Shown here in pieces: positions 11,167-24,009 of a stretch of DNA of 64,000 nt. This DNA is from Balanoglossus misakiensis (Eukaryota; Animalia; Hemichordata). The notes beneath the pieces are model-generated. The model was given only the letters and a program-made list of their open reading frames with translations, did no database searches and was not told the origin of the DNA. The stretch covers positions 10,159,483-10,223,482 of the forward strand of contig CM082582.2 of the NCBI GenBank assembly GCA_040954595.2, in the 5' to 3' direction. Each line of letters opens with the position of its first letter. Position 1 is the first letter of the stretch. The position numbers and the translations under genes were made by a program.

Positions 11167-14100
11167 ATGCCGTCCGAATGTAACGAGCCATTTGGATCTG
11201 AAGGTTCCAGTTATGAAGACTTGAATTCACCAGACAGTCTCTACCCAAAAGGTATGTCGTTTTTGCCCTTTGTTCAGCCGCTTGCCACGTGATACAAGAA
11301 GCCCTAGCCCAGTTCAGTTTGCAGGGCATTTTCGCCGAATAATTCTTTCTGACAAACCGTGAACATTACGCCCGTAACTGCCACATCCCAAGCCTTTCTT
11401 CTTTAGTACTTTGGCTCCCTGGAAAATGTTCATTCCAGACTATTTTGTAATTCGGATAGTCTCGTCACGAGCTACTTACCTATGATAATTTATTCAGCGA
11501 CGCAAACGCGTGTGAATTTGGTTTCACACTTCCAACCAATTTTGTGTTACTCGATTATGAGTTACGTTTTGTATATGTGTTTTTATTTTCGTTTAATACC
11601 GGCTTTGTTTTGCGCGAGTGATGGCTTTGAAGAAGAAGAGGCGGTCAGATTAGACTTGGCAACGTGCCAAGTTGCTAAGGCGGCTGTCGATGACGTGTTT
11701 GTCTGACGTGTACTAATTTACATGCAATAAGTAGGCCCTGGACCCATATATTAACATATGAAGGGTTGTCTAACAACTGGATCTGTCACATGGTCACAAT
11801 TGATCGCTTTTTTAACTCTGCGTACTAAAGTTCTTGTTTCCATTACAGACATGCGATGGGCCTACTAATGGTACATTTATATATGATTTTTTATGTATAA
11901 ATTAATAATAATGGTTGTGTAATTTGATGGAATACATAATGTGTTTATTTTTGAGAAGTGTTTTTGCTTGCTACATACATCTAAGTTCAATTTCTATTTA
12001 CTTTTTTTGTTCTTTTTCAGATTCTGTCAACAATCTATTACCCCAAGAGTTGAGAATTCCAGACATTAAGAGTGGTGTTGTAATTTATCAGGCTATGACA
12101 TTGAAATCTGGTATGCAAACCTGTGTTATGTGAACTTTCTGTGATAAATATTGTTATGTGTCTTTAGCATACATGACCAGTGGGCATTGTATGTAAGATG
12201 AACTTCCCAGTAATTGTGACTGTTCCGGATGTTTCGTAATAAAAAACTTGGCAACAATTAAACATTATTTGGTTATAGTGCCATTTTAGTGCATTCTTAT
12301 CTGAATTAATAAAAAAATGCTCTATTAACTAGACAGCTTGCATTTGTTTCAACTTCAAGTTTTTAAATTGGCAGACACTCAAGATAGTTTCGAATTGATT
12401 CTAAATTGGATAATTATGTTGGGGTAAAGTTAAATACAACACAGCTTCTGTGTTTTTAACAAGCGGGAATATTTTCAGTCCTCAAAATGTGTGTTGTGAT
12501 AGAGCATCCTTGAAGTAATTCAGGTTAGATATGAAATTACATGTCCATTGGTCATGGTACGCTGTCTATATTTTTTCACATGTTTTGGCTACCACAATGC
12601 AAAATAAAAACGCTTCTAAAAGCTAAGTGAAATTGAAAAAATTCTGGGACTGAGCAATGCTAAGGACACACTTAAATATTTGGATTCTGGAAGTCTATTT
12701 TTATTCTGAATAAATATGCATTTTTCAAGAAGTAGAAAATGCATGTTCATTCCATGAGAGAGAGAGAGAGACAAAATGATGAGCATTCCCAAGGCATGCA
12801 GTGCAGTGCATCCAGGACATCTTGTATGTTGATCCCCTGTTATTAATTAACCAAGTTTTCCCCCCAACACCCAAGTTGAAGCGGTTCAGTGATTGTCACT
12901 ATGACCAGTTTGTCTTCGGTGAGAAATCTTGAGGGGAGAGATGTTCTTCATCTCTATGACTACTTGAAAAGGAGAATAGGTTGGTTTGTTTCTGTTGTAA
13001 CTTAAGTTGGCGTTGAGATCCAAGGGAGTTAAGTGGGTAAGAGGGGTTCTAGGAAATTTCAGGAAGGCAAGACGTGATCCCCCCAAAATTCTAATCTTCA
13101 TACTACTTGGTCTCATTCATATTTATAATATTGCTGAAGTATCTGCCAGAAAGTACTTTAAGGATATTATACTTATCAGCAATACATGTGCACTGTGAAT
13201 TTTATGTTGCCACCTCATGGTGACATGTTCAAATTCTTCAGTACGTTCACTTGTCTTGAGTCTCTGTTGAAGTGCAAGATGATGCTGTGTTGAGTTGAAC
13301 ATCAGTACAATTTGACAGCAGATTTTTGGACTTCAAAAGATCACTTTAACTGTACAGCAATCTCTGCAGTCCCATTCGTGGTCTTCCAGAAATTTACCGA
13401 AAGAACACTGCTGAAATCGGAGTGCAAGAGAGTGTGGAAGCATGTTGATTGTTGAGTGTGCCAGGCCGTGAATGATAGCTGTATCTGAAAGGGGGAAAAA
13501 AAGCCTGTGTAAATGACTTTCTGCTGGAAGAAATTCGCTTGAAAGTTTGGTGTGGCTGTTAAGTTCACAGGATCTGGTGACCGGAGAGCAGATTGGATAA
13601 TGGGGGTTAGGATAGGGCTTTGATAAAGGGCCTCCCATTAATTCACTATTTCATTCATGTGTGTGATTCTATAGATCGAAGTCTTGAGGCCAACCTTGAC
13701 CAGCCGTCATATTTATCGTCCACTACCACAACTTTCCCAGCCTTTGAGAATAATCAACATGGCCTCGGGGTTTTAGACAGCACTGACATGAATCCTCAAA
13801 GCAAAGGCTTAGGGGTAAGTAATGAGGTGGTAAGTGAATTATCCCTCTTGTCCAGCGTCAGTGAGGCACCTGTTGGATTGTTCCAATTTTCAGAGTTTTC
13901 TGATATTGGATCATCCACATCAAGCTCGGCCGTGACATCGCCAGCCCCAAGTTCTCCCTTGATGAGCATAGACAGTTACCTGCAGTCACCACTGGATGTC
14001 ATGGATGAGAACAGTATACAGGAACTGATGAATGTGAATGAGGATTCTCTCGTATCCATGGCTGATATTGAACTGGAACAGCCCACACCCAGGAAATGCA

Positions 14101-17100
14101 GGAAAAATTCCAAGGACCAATCACCATCGAGTCCATTGCCGTCAGAAGATTCAGTGTCATTTGATGCGGATGGAGCTGTGGCCTCTCCGAAGAATTTCAA
14201 CTTTTCAGAACAAGCAGACTGGGAGTCCAGGTTTGTTGATTTTAATGTTCTCTTCTATACATTGTGTGTGTATACTATTGTGTGTTGTCCATTGTTTGTT
14301 TTCAAAGCAGGGTAAATTAAGAGAGTAGGAATTTGTCTCTGACATGTTATAATCCATTTCTACAGTATTATTCGAAATGTGGTGGCTGGGACTTCCAGTT
14401 ATGACGCATGTATACGCAGTAATCCGCTTGGTGTCCGAAGTCGGGCAGCCGACAAGACTATAATGAGTCCAGACAATCCAAGCAGTAATGTGTCCAGATC
14501 CGTGGGCAAGCCGCTACCAGCCACAGACATGTATGACAGCGCAGGTGGTGAGTCTGATTTTTGGGACATGTTGTTCTCTTCTCTCAATCGCAGCAATCAA
14601 GAGTTGCCCATGGATGTGAGTGTCCCAGTGTCTCCTATGAAAGAGCCAAGCCTCAGTGCAGTGTACCCCCAAAAAGAAAATGGTGTGGAACTGAAGATTA
14701 TCGTGCAACCAGAAACTCACCACAGAGCTCGCTATCAGACTGAAGGAAGTCGTGGGTGTGTGAAAGACGAGTCACAAAATGGATTCCCTACTGTCAAGGT
14801 AAATAAAGGCGTCAACTTGTCAGTGCTATCTGATGGGAAATTGATTTGTTGAAAAACCAGGGATTGGGAAAAAACGTGTTCTACAGAACAGGCTCCACTT
14901 TACGTATGTTGCTGCAGTCAAAATAATTTTCAAAACTATATCTCTTGCAGCTAATTGGTTATGACAAGAAGTACAACCTTCAAGTGTTTGTTGGTAATGA
15001 CTGTGGAAAAGTGAAGCCACATGGATTCTACCAGGCCAGTAAAGTGTCCGGAAGAAATAACACCCCCAGTGAAGAAAAGGAGATTGATGGTACCAAAGTG
15101 ATAGAAATCCAAATCGACCCTTCGGAAGACGAACAGGCAACGTAAGTACAAACTAACTACTACCATAATTTTCAGCATTTTTCTCTTGAACACATCCAAC
15201 TAATGACCAAAGCTGTAAAACCTAAAAGAGCCTTTTCTATTCCAAGTTTCGTGTATTGGGATAGTAAGTACAGTATTAGTTACTGCATTCATATAGGAAG
15301 GTTGAAAATAATGTAAAATTTATCTCTTATTGTAATGTCTGTCCTTTGTCTTTGTAGTATTGACTGTGTAGGAATCATGAAGCTGAGGAACGCCGATGTT
15401 GAACACAAAGGATTGCATCTGCCAAGGTCTAAGAAGAGGAGTACCAGGGCCAGACTGGTGTTTAGAGTCAACATCCCCAAGGCAGATGGATCATTCAGAA
15501 CGATTCAAATTGCATCAACTCCCATCTCCTGCAGTAAGTTAACGTGACATTACTTGGGGTGGGGTGGGGTGGGGTACAGTGGTGCAGTAGTCATGTATTC
15601 ATAGCTGACAGTCATAATTTTGATCACAAGTAATTCTGTTCATTTGTACTACACAGCTCAGCCAACTGGACTGCCAGAAATCTCCAAGAAGAGTTTATCG
15701 TCTTGTTCAGTGGAAGGTGGAGAGGAACTATTCGTACTTGGGAAGAACTTTGTCCGAGGAACAGTGGTGAAGTTCCAACAATACTCCGATGAGAAAGTGG
15801 TGTGGGAAGAGAAAGCACAACTCGACAGAGAGCATTTCCAACAGGTCAGTGGTCTTTGTATTTCGTATAGAAACTTTCAATTCATCACTAATGTCTTTTT
15901 GTGAAAAAATGTTAAATTATTTTGTATTGTGAAATCGTGAATTCCCTTGCAGAATACCAGACTGTATAGACAAGTGCAAGTTCACCTGTTGTAATGATCT
16001 GCTTTTGCTTTACAGAACCATCTGGTTTGCAGAATACCAGCGTATAAGAAACGAGACATACGTGAACCTGTAGAGGTGTCGGTCATAATTAGCACTGGTA
16101 ATGGTCGTGATAGTGATCCGCAAACATTCACCTATCTCCCTAAAACTCCAGCTCCAGTCCCAGTCCCTGCTGCAGGTATGTTCTCTGTCCGAGATGCATG
16201 TTTCACTTCAGTTAAATCTTTGGTCATGAAAGGAAATGTCCCAAATGCACTTTCAATTTTATTTTCTTTCTCTTGCATTTTCATTTTTCATTGCCACACT
16301 TCCTTCCATCTTAGGCCAACTTTAAAAAAATGGGATGTCATCACTAACAAGGTGGCTTTCGCTTCGTTTATTCTTCTTCCAAATCTTTTATTTTTTCTCA
16401 TCTCTGTACTTCTTGCAGCAAAAAAAAAGCATCTGCTTGCATGACTGCTTACTAATACCTCTGCCAGTTCTTTACAAAAAATGGGACATTTCCTCAGTTT
16501 GGTAGGGATGAAATAAAGAAGTGTTTTGGGACTCTAAAAAAACAAAACAAACAAGCCAATGAAGCCAGAAAAGGAAGTTTAATGCCAAATCTTCAAAAAA
16601 AAATCCCAACACACTTCCCATTTAGTTTGTTTCATAAAGGGTTTGCCAAAGCGGGATATAAAAACGGGGAACTCATGTGTGACCCATACCAGGCTGCTGC
16701 TGACCATTTCATTATTATCAATTGTGGCTTCTCCCAAGTAGCAAGAGGAATCTTTGTCATGATGGAGGTGTGTAATATGACCTGTATTTGACACTGTGGA
16801 AATGGTTTGAAAAGAAAGATACTTGTTTGCCCAAGTTCAGCACTTAGTGTATGAAGTCTGGAGAGTTTGATGACACACTGATGACAAGGTTCCTCCTGCA
16901 TTGTGAGAGAAGTCTATGTTTGAAAATTGCAAGTGCACTTGTGACCTATTTTGTGACGACATTTTGATAAACTTTGTTGTTATAGAAAAGAATGGCAACA
17001 CCAGAATTTCGGAAAAGCCCCAAATTAGGTGCGACTTTGAAAGAAAAAAAAAGTATTCATTGGCAAATCAACAGAAGTGCACTTGCAGATCATGTGAATG

Positions 17101-20100
17101 TGTGAAGTTTTGAATCATATGTTGCAATTTTATTCATGTTTATGGAGGGGGGGCTGGTGGGTCAACTGGTACACTCAAATGGTGGTGCAGAAAAGATGCA
17201 GATTCATTTTGGTGCTGAATTGTTTTCTTTTGTGAGACAAATGTCTGGCCAAGATTGGAAGGGGCCCCTTCTGATCACCACAAACTCTCTTCTTTGCCTT
17301 CAGGATAAAAAGAAAGTGATGCATTTTGCATATGTCACAGGATGTACGTTGGTGACTCGTTAAGTGGCTTTGGCCATTAACGGCTGCCCAACACTCCTCT
17401 CAGGCGGTAAAAAATAGAACAGTTGCGGTACTTGTAACCTACTTTGATACTTAATATTTGCTGTAAGTCCCCATGCCCATGTCGGCAAATGTGTGGTGGT
17501 TAGTTTCTGCTGGCTTTTAAAAATGTTCTCGCAGTATGTGTTGTAACTTTTAATAAGCAGTCAGTCAGGCAGTAAGCTTTTCAATAAAAGGTCCCTAGAT
17601 AAGTTAGAAAGTTTAGGCCAAACTGCCGACAGTGATTAATTTACTACCTCCTTGTCACAGGGCATGGGAACCATAGCTTGATATGACAATTATAATGCAC
17701 AAATTTGGCTCCTAATGAAAAGGAAAAAAATTGAAAGAAAATGAAAACCAAAACAGTAGAAACAATCATGTGAAATGATTTGTGAAAGTGATTTGGAGAA
17801 TTTTCGGCACTGTATTTAGGACTAAGTAAAAATGTGTGAGAGTGGTTGTATATTTTAGTACCTTCTTGGCATTGGCGATACCTGTCTTTCCATGCGTATA
17901 CCTACACATTTTGTGTTTCAGAGCTGTTGCCATCTGCTGCCAAAAGGATGGGGGAAGAGAAGAGCGCACATGCATAGCATACCGACACAAGCACACACAC
18001 ACACTCCTGTCAAAAAAAACAATTCTTCTCTATACATCCATCCGGAAGAAGACATGCTGAATAAAACTACCCACAAAACACACCATGGAGTACTACATTG
18101 ACACCACACTTGAAAACAGTGCTTTTTCATCGTGAAAGAATGCCTCAAACAATTTTTCTATCAACAACAGGCGTGAAAATTGGGATTTCTTTTCCAAGAA
18201 ATTTTTATCGAAAACAGGCTGAAAAAAAATTATGTGGCTTCTTGGAAGAATTCTGACTGGCTGATTGGGGATGGTTTGGAGAGCTGTTCCACTGGCAGAG
18301 TTGAGAGAGAGCCAGATACCAGAACTTATCACATTTCAGGCTTTAGATAGTTGATTGACAGAGCAGTGGAGAATGACTGGTGATTATTGTTGTGTATGGC
18401 AGAGCTGTTGGTCAGAAGAGACAATAACTTTGGCAGAAGTGGAGAAAGAATGTTTTTTCAGAAAGAGGGGGTTTTGTTGCAGAAGAGCTGAACTGTGGTG
18501 AATTGCAAAGGTTCCAATTTCTAGTTGCACATTGCTTGTTTATTCTTGCGAAAGGGTATTTTAAAAGATTGTGATGTAATAAAATGTTTTTTTCCTAACA
18601 TGGTCATCACCTATGATGAATTTTGAAACAACATCATTTTTAGCTTGCGCTGTCTTGTTTTATTATAGCGAGTAGCACAAAAAATAACTTGACTTTGCTT
18701 TTCTAGCATGGTGGAAAAATACCCCTGTACACTTTTAAAAACTTGATAGCTTTTGCAAGGAAGTAAATTGGAGCCTTGGCATTGCAGCAGTCTCTATAGT
18801 TTGGTTGGTTGACGGCTTATCTGAACCTTGCCAGTGCTGTGAGAAAGCACTGTTACATGTTTAAGTTACAGCAAACTCATCTTTTTCCATACAACCGGTA
18901 CTTCTTGCGCCCAGTCCGTGGCCACTTCTCTGACGATTCTTTCCCACCTCTCCACAGATGCCAGTGCGACGAAAGTGAAAGTGAAAGCCGAGCGAACAGA
19001 AGCTCCGGCATCTTGCTTTTCGTCAGTATCAAGTACAGCGAAAGGTGAATACTTTCAAAACAAGTGCTTTTAAAATGCTTTTTACTGCTTTTAAAAAAAT
19101 CGCTTTGGTGCTTTTGACCTTATGTCAAGTGAACTTCATCAAAGGCTATGATCATTATATTCTTGTCTTCTTTAATAATAACCATGTGGTAATCTGTCTC
19201 TTGCAGACGAGTGTATGTCAATACCACACTTGCGAGCAGAGCTTTCAAATCTGGCCGCAGCAGCAGCCGTCTCACAAACATCAACGTCGCAGGAAGCACA
19301 AGGAAGTCAGTCAAGTTTTGCCGAGCAGTTGAAATTGGTAGCACTACTAGCCACCGGACAGACGTGTAAATCAAACCATGCCATTGCCCAGCGTGTGCTG
19401 TCGGTCATCAACCAACAGAAGGTCAGCCATCAACAGCAGCAGCAAGAAAGGCTTTTAAAACAGCAGCAGTCGTATATTGGTAAGCCATTCAATGCGATTT
19501 AACCAGCGATTTCTTTACCTTCCAGCATATGGAAACGGTTGTACCACAAGATGGTGAATTCTCTCAACCATTGGAGTGAAAATTCCATTTTCATCTGTTT
19601 AGCCACTTCAAATCCAAAGAATGGTATGCTCGTGCATAAAAGGTGGTTTTGTCAAAGCTAAGTTAAGGGGGAACAAATGTTTCTGTCACCATCACCCAGA
19701 GAACTTGGGATTTTGTGCATGTTTTCCCCATACAGTATCTAGGTTTACATAGCTGGAGGGGCGAACTCTGAAGAAAATGTTACTGAACTTCCATGAAATG
19801 CATGCTCTTTTGCCAAGGTCAAACATTGTAAGTAAATGGATGGGCAGCAGATTGTTTCACTTCATTCAGAATTCATATGTTTTGTTGAAAATGCAGTGGA
19901 ATCATTCGTGGTGTCTTCCCAAATGTCATAACTCGCGGGAATGCCAGGATCCATTTACTGAATGACTGGCCTTGGCAAAAACAGCAATGGCGTTCCCATG
20001 CCACTATGTGTGATGTTAAAATAAAAAGAAAGAAGCTTTTAACGGTTTTGTGTTCCCCACTTTACATTGACACAGGTGTTGAAAAGGCATCTCCAAAGAA

Positions 20101-20230
20101 AATTAATGAAGCAGATAATGAGGCGGCATTAGATCAACTCATCCTTCAAGGAATCCCTGGTGTTGATTACGATCTTGATGCTATACTTGATACTTTACAG
20201 CAAGTAGCTTCGGAAGTGGCTCTACAGTAG
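11167..20230 (+). CDS. NFAT5: NFAT5/TonEBP-like Rel-homology transcription factor, 11 exons, ~797 aa
   Basis: Exons 11167-11251, 12021-12110, 13675-14230, 14366-14798, 14951-15141, 15358-15533, 15657-15844, 16016-16175, 18958-19044, 19207-19479, 20076-20230; all GT-AG and in phase. RHD: [67 protein letters not shown]: [27 protein letters not shown]-terminus [25 protein letters not shown] resembles vertebrate NFAT5. Q-rich C-terminus. The last three exons are less certain than the RHD exons. Confidence 0.92.
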
Positions 20231-22743
20231 TGAAACTGGTGCAGATGGTACTTGTATAACTTGGACAAACATTTTCCTTTCAGTGAATCAGAGAAGCAGG
20301 GAAAACCAACCCGGTTACCTCCACTAATGACAGACTTGTGGCTGCTCGTGTTTTTTCGGCTCCTCTTCAGATTTTGTTTGTCAAATTTGGGGTTGTTCTT
20401 GGCTTGTTCAGAAACTGTTTAAAATCTTTTGAGCTGGGGGTTGTCGACCAAAACATGCAAGTGCTGGTGAGAAGGCGCGTTTCGAGTCACAGGAAACTGC
20501 TGGTGGTTACTCTAATGAAAACAAAATCTCTTCCTCTTACAGCAAAGATACTTGCTCATCAGCAGTAATGGGCATTCTTGAAATACAGAACCAGGTCGAT
20601 GTGAATAAGTGGCTGTATGTGACTTCTCGCCATCACTTTTTATTCCCCGAGTAGCCACTCGCTGTCAGATTTGGCTGTAGTCAGGTTCAAGGGGGTTGTC
20701 TGACCTCCGGAATGCAAGGCGCAGAAGTCTTATAAGAAAGTGTATTCATGCAGTACAACCTGGCCACAGTTGCTGGTGCTTTTAGGGTGGACAGGTTTTA
20801 CTGTATGATAAAATATTGAACATTTTTTAGCAGTTTTTACAGCATGGTTAAATTTCCTCATTTGTGCATATAAAAATAATGGTTAAAAAATTAAGTCGTG
20901 CATATTTTCTTTAGATTTCGTTAAACTTTTGTTGTTACGAAATTGGGAAATAATCTTTCCCCTCTAAAGGCTAACCATATAGCTGTAAAAACTGCTTTGT
21001 TTTAACTGGAAGTCATGTTACAGTTTGGAGATGCACTTGGATTATAGATATTTTAAGGACAACACACACAGAAGATGCTTGTGAAATGCTAATTGTTTAT
21101 CTCTCTCTCATTGTCTCCCCAGCCTCACTTGGACAACAGGAGAGGCCACTTCTGTGGCAGTGACCCAAAGTGCTGGAGGAGCCCATCCACCACAGACCCC
21201 AGCCAGCTGGAAGCCCTTGTATATATTGTACATAGTAGTATTTATTTTTGTATGTTCTGGTCAAATAGACGTTGTTTTTGGAAGCGCACAAGGTGTGCTG
21301 AAAAGACTTATGACATCCAAAGTTTGTTTTGCAACCTAGTTCAAGACTGAAAATGGAACGCGACCTTTCATTTTAACTTAACGTGAATATTGCGAAAGCC
21401 TTCAGAGATAAAGATGTGATGTAAAATTCCCAAGCATTGCACGCAGGCAGACAAATCATAAAGTGATTTATTTTGTTGAGAGTGGATAACCAGTATCTGG
21501 TTAGTGCTGTTCTTGAACCAATGTCGATAAAGTTTGGACCAACTCCAGATCATCAGTAATTTTCGAAAGAGACTTATTTACCAAGTTTGTACCACTTTTT
21601 CTACCCAGAAATGGAATGAAAAAACGGTTTAAAGAAAGATTTACAAGAAAACTATATATTTTAAACTTTTGTATATAACGGAGATGTTGTTTTGTCTTTG
21701 TACATTTTCCATCAAGTAATTTTAATTCATTCTTGGAACTTGTGTGCCCCCCCGGTGTCAGTAATAGAGGTTCCATCACTTTGAAAATTTGACTCTTTGA
21801 CCCCAAAATACTTAAGCACTGCCTTCTGTTGACAAAATTTGGCCTTTGTTACCAACAAAAGTCAGTTTCTGGCATTCAGTACTATAATATACAAAACAAT
21901 AAAAGTGATTAGGTTGCCCCCATATTTGTCACATGATGGAACCTAGGTTGTTTAAAATCTGAATGCATATGCTGTTACTTTCTATTGAGACGTGTTATAC
22001 ATGGCTATTTCACTGGAGAAGATTAAAATAAAACCTAGGGAAGCAGAAATTTCTGTTCTCTTGTACACCAATATTTTCTACATCACGAAAAATAAAGGGA
22101 AAGTACTACACTGGTTTTTGTAACATACAATTTTGACGTTCATATTGTACAAGTGTAATGTGCTGTGATAAAAAATCCTGCAACTGTCTTGTTTGCATGA
22201 AGCACTTTAATTGAGAGCACATGGTTTTCTACGATATTTTTTTCCGGGGTATAAAGTACCATAGTATTATGTCTGCAAACTAGCAAGCATTTGGCATCTA
22301 TCAGAAAGTCGTGTCAAGGGCAAATAATCATTTTTTGTCCTGATCACATGTTCACAGATTCTATCCCAAAGCCCTGCAATGATTTCTTCAATTGGACATG
22401 CAAAAATTGATATAACAATCTGGATTAATATACGCATTTAAAAATACTTGTGTATTCTAGGAAAGTGAACCATCTCGCGTTCATGCATTGTGTTCTGAAA
22501 AAGGTTGGTCTGTTAGTCCATTCTGGCTGACTGATAAAATGGAAAACTTGCGTGAAGTTCTAAAGTTGTTTGGAAGTGAATTGTTGCAGGCTTGTACTTG
22601 TGATGGCTTTCGATTTCAATTATTTCTTGTATCAAAATGGCAGGAACATTTCTTAGCTGCATAATTATTGTTCTGTTACACTTGTGATCTTATGACCACT
22701 TAATATTGGTTTGTCCAAGGTTTCTCTTGCTTGTTGCATATGA

Positions 22744-22749
22744 AATAAA
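22744..22749 (+). terminator. Candidate NFAT5 polyadenylation signal ending a ~2.5-kb 3' UTR
   Basis: AATAAA followed by a T/GT-rich tract (ttttactttgtcttgttt). Earlier AATAAA hexamers also exist at ~21898 and ~22091. Confidence 0.45.
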
Positions 22750-24009
22750 TGATTTAAAAACATTTTACTTTGTCTTGTTTCTAATTGTACGACTTGCTAA
22801 GTGAATCGTTAAGTTTTGCCCAACGTTTGTGGTATTAATTGTCCCTCGGAAAAATGTGGTCCTTCATGGATGTCATCCCTGAAGATGTGTAATTGTACTC
22901 TGCTGAACTGAGTGGATTGAGGAAGTGTGGGTTTTCAGCATATGTGATTTTGGAGATGCTAATTGCTCTCTGCCCAGAATTGTTTCAAAAATCATGCACA
23001 CCCTTGTTTTTCAAATCCTACTCCCCTTCCAGTTTCATTTTCAAACTTGAATCACATAGACCAGATTAGTAAAAAAGAAAGTACATCCTGGAAATTGCTT
23101 CTAGAGGACGGTGTTACCAAAATCCTCAGCATTTCTTCTGTTGCTGGCTGCCAACCGACAGATTTTTATGTATCAGGCTCTAGGTGGCGCCATATTCATT
23201 CCAGTTGGTTGATGGTGATGCGTATTGTGGTAGCAACTTTTTTTTTCGGGAATTGGCCTTACTGGCATTTATGATTAATATCTTCGGTAGTTCATGACAA
23301 CAGCATACGACACGCCTTTTCACATTCTTTCTGTGGAACTTAACATAGACAACATTTCAGTGAGCTGAGAAACATCAAAGGAAAGTAAATAACCAAAATA
23401 ATGTCAAAAGTGAACGAAACTATTACATGTTGTATACACTTCGAATTTTGGTATGAAAACTTACTTTTCGCTTTGCGTTTGTAAATCAGACCTGAGACGA
23501 ATACTGGTATTTAACTTACCACAATTTATGTATTTACCTGACACATTGTTTCATGTAAAACAAACACCAAGACAAATGTTTTGCAAACTCACGTCAAGGC
23601 TGAACAGATTTTAGTTCCTTGTCGAGGACTTTTCAAAAAGCGTCGCCCGGGTCTGTCTTTACTTTATCGATAACCTCATGCTTATAATCCGATTTCTTTT
23701 GTTTCGATTGACCCGGGTTCACCTCTGCAGGTAAACGCTTGGATGGCTCATGCGCAAAAGACGCTTACCTGCGTATCGACCGTCTTGGGTCATAGATTTT
23801 GAATGTTCCACTGCGCAAACAATAGCCCTTTCTGTCGATATTTACTTCAGACACTGCGATGGAAAGACGTTGCTTTAGATTACATTCTTCACCTTACTGG
23901 CACACACGTTTGGGTCACACACTCTAAGTTTCGTCGCTTGGGTTTTTGTTCGTTTTAGCATTTTTCTTATACCAGCGTCGCCCGACGTCGAAGTTTGCTG
24001 TCGATCGAC

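Noticed and set aside
15947-15960. 14-bp copy (TTGCAGAATACCAG) of NFAT5 exon 8 sequence in intron 7, resembling a duplicated acceptor
   Set aside because: Too short; use as an acceptor leads to a stop after 13 codons.
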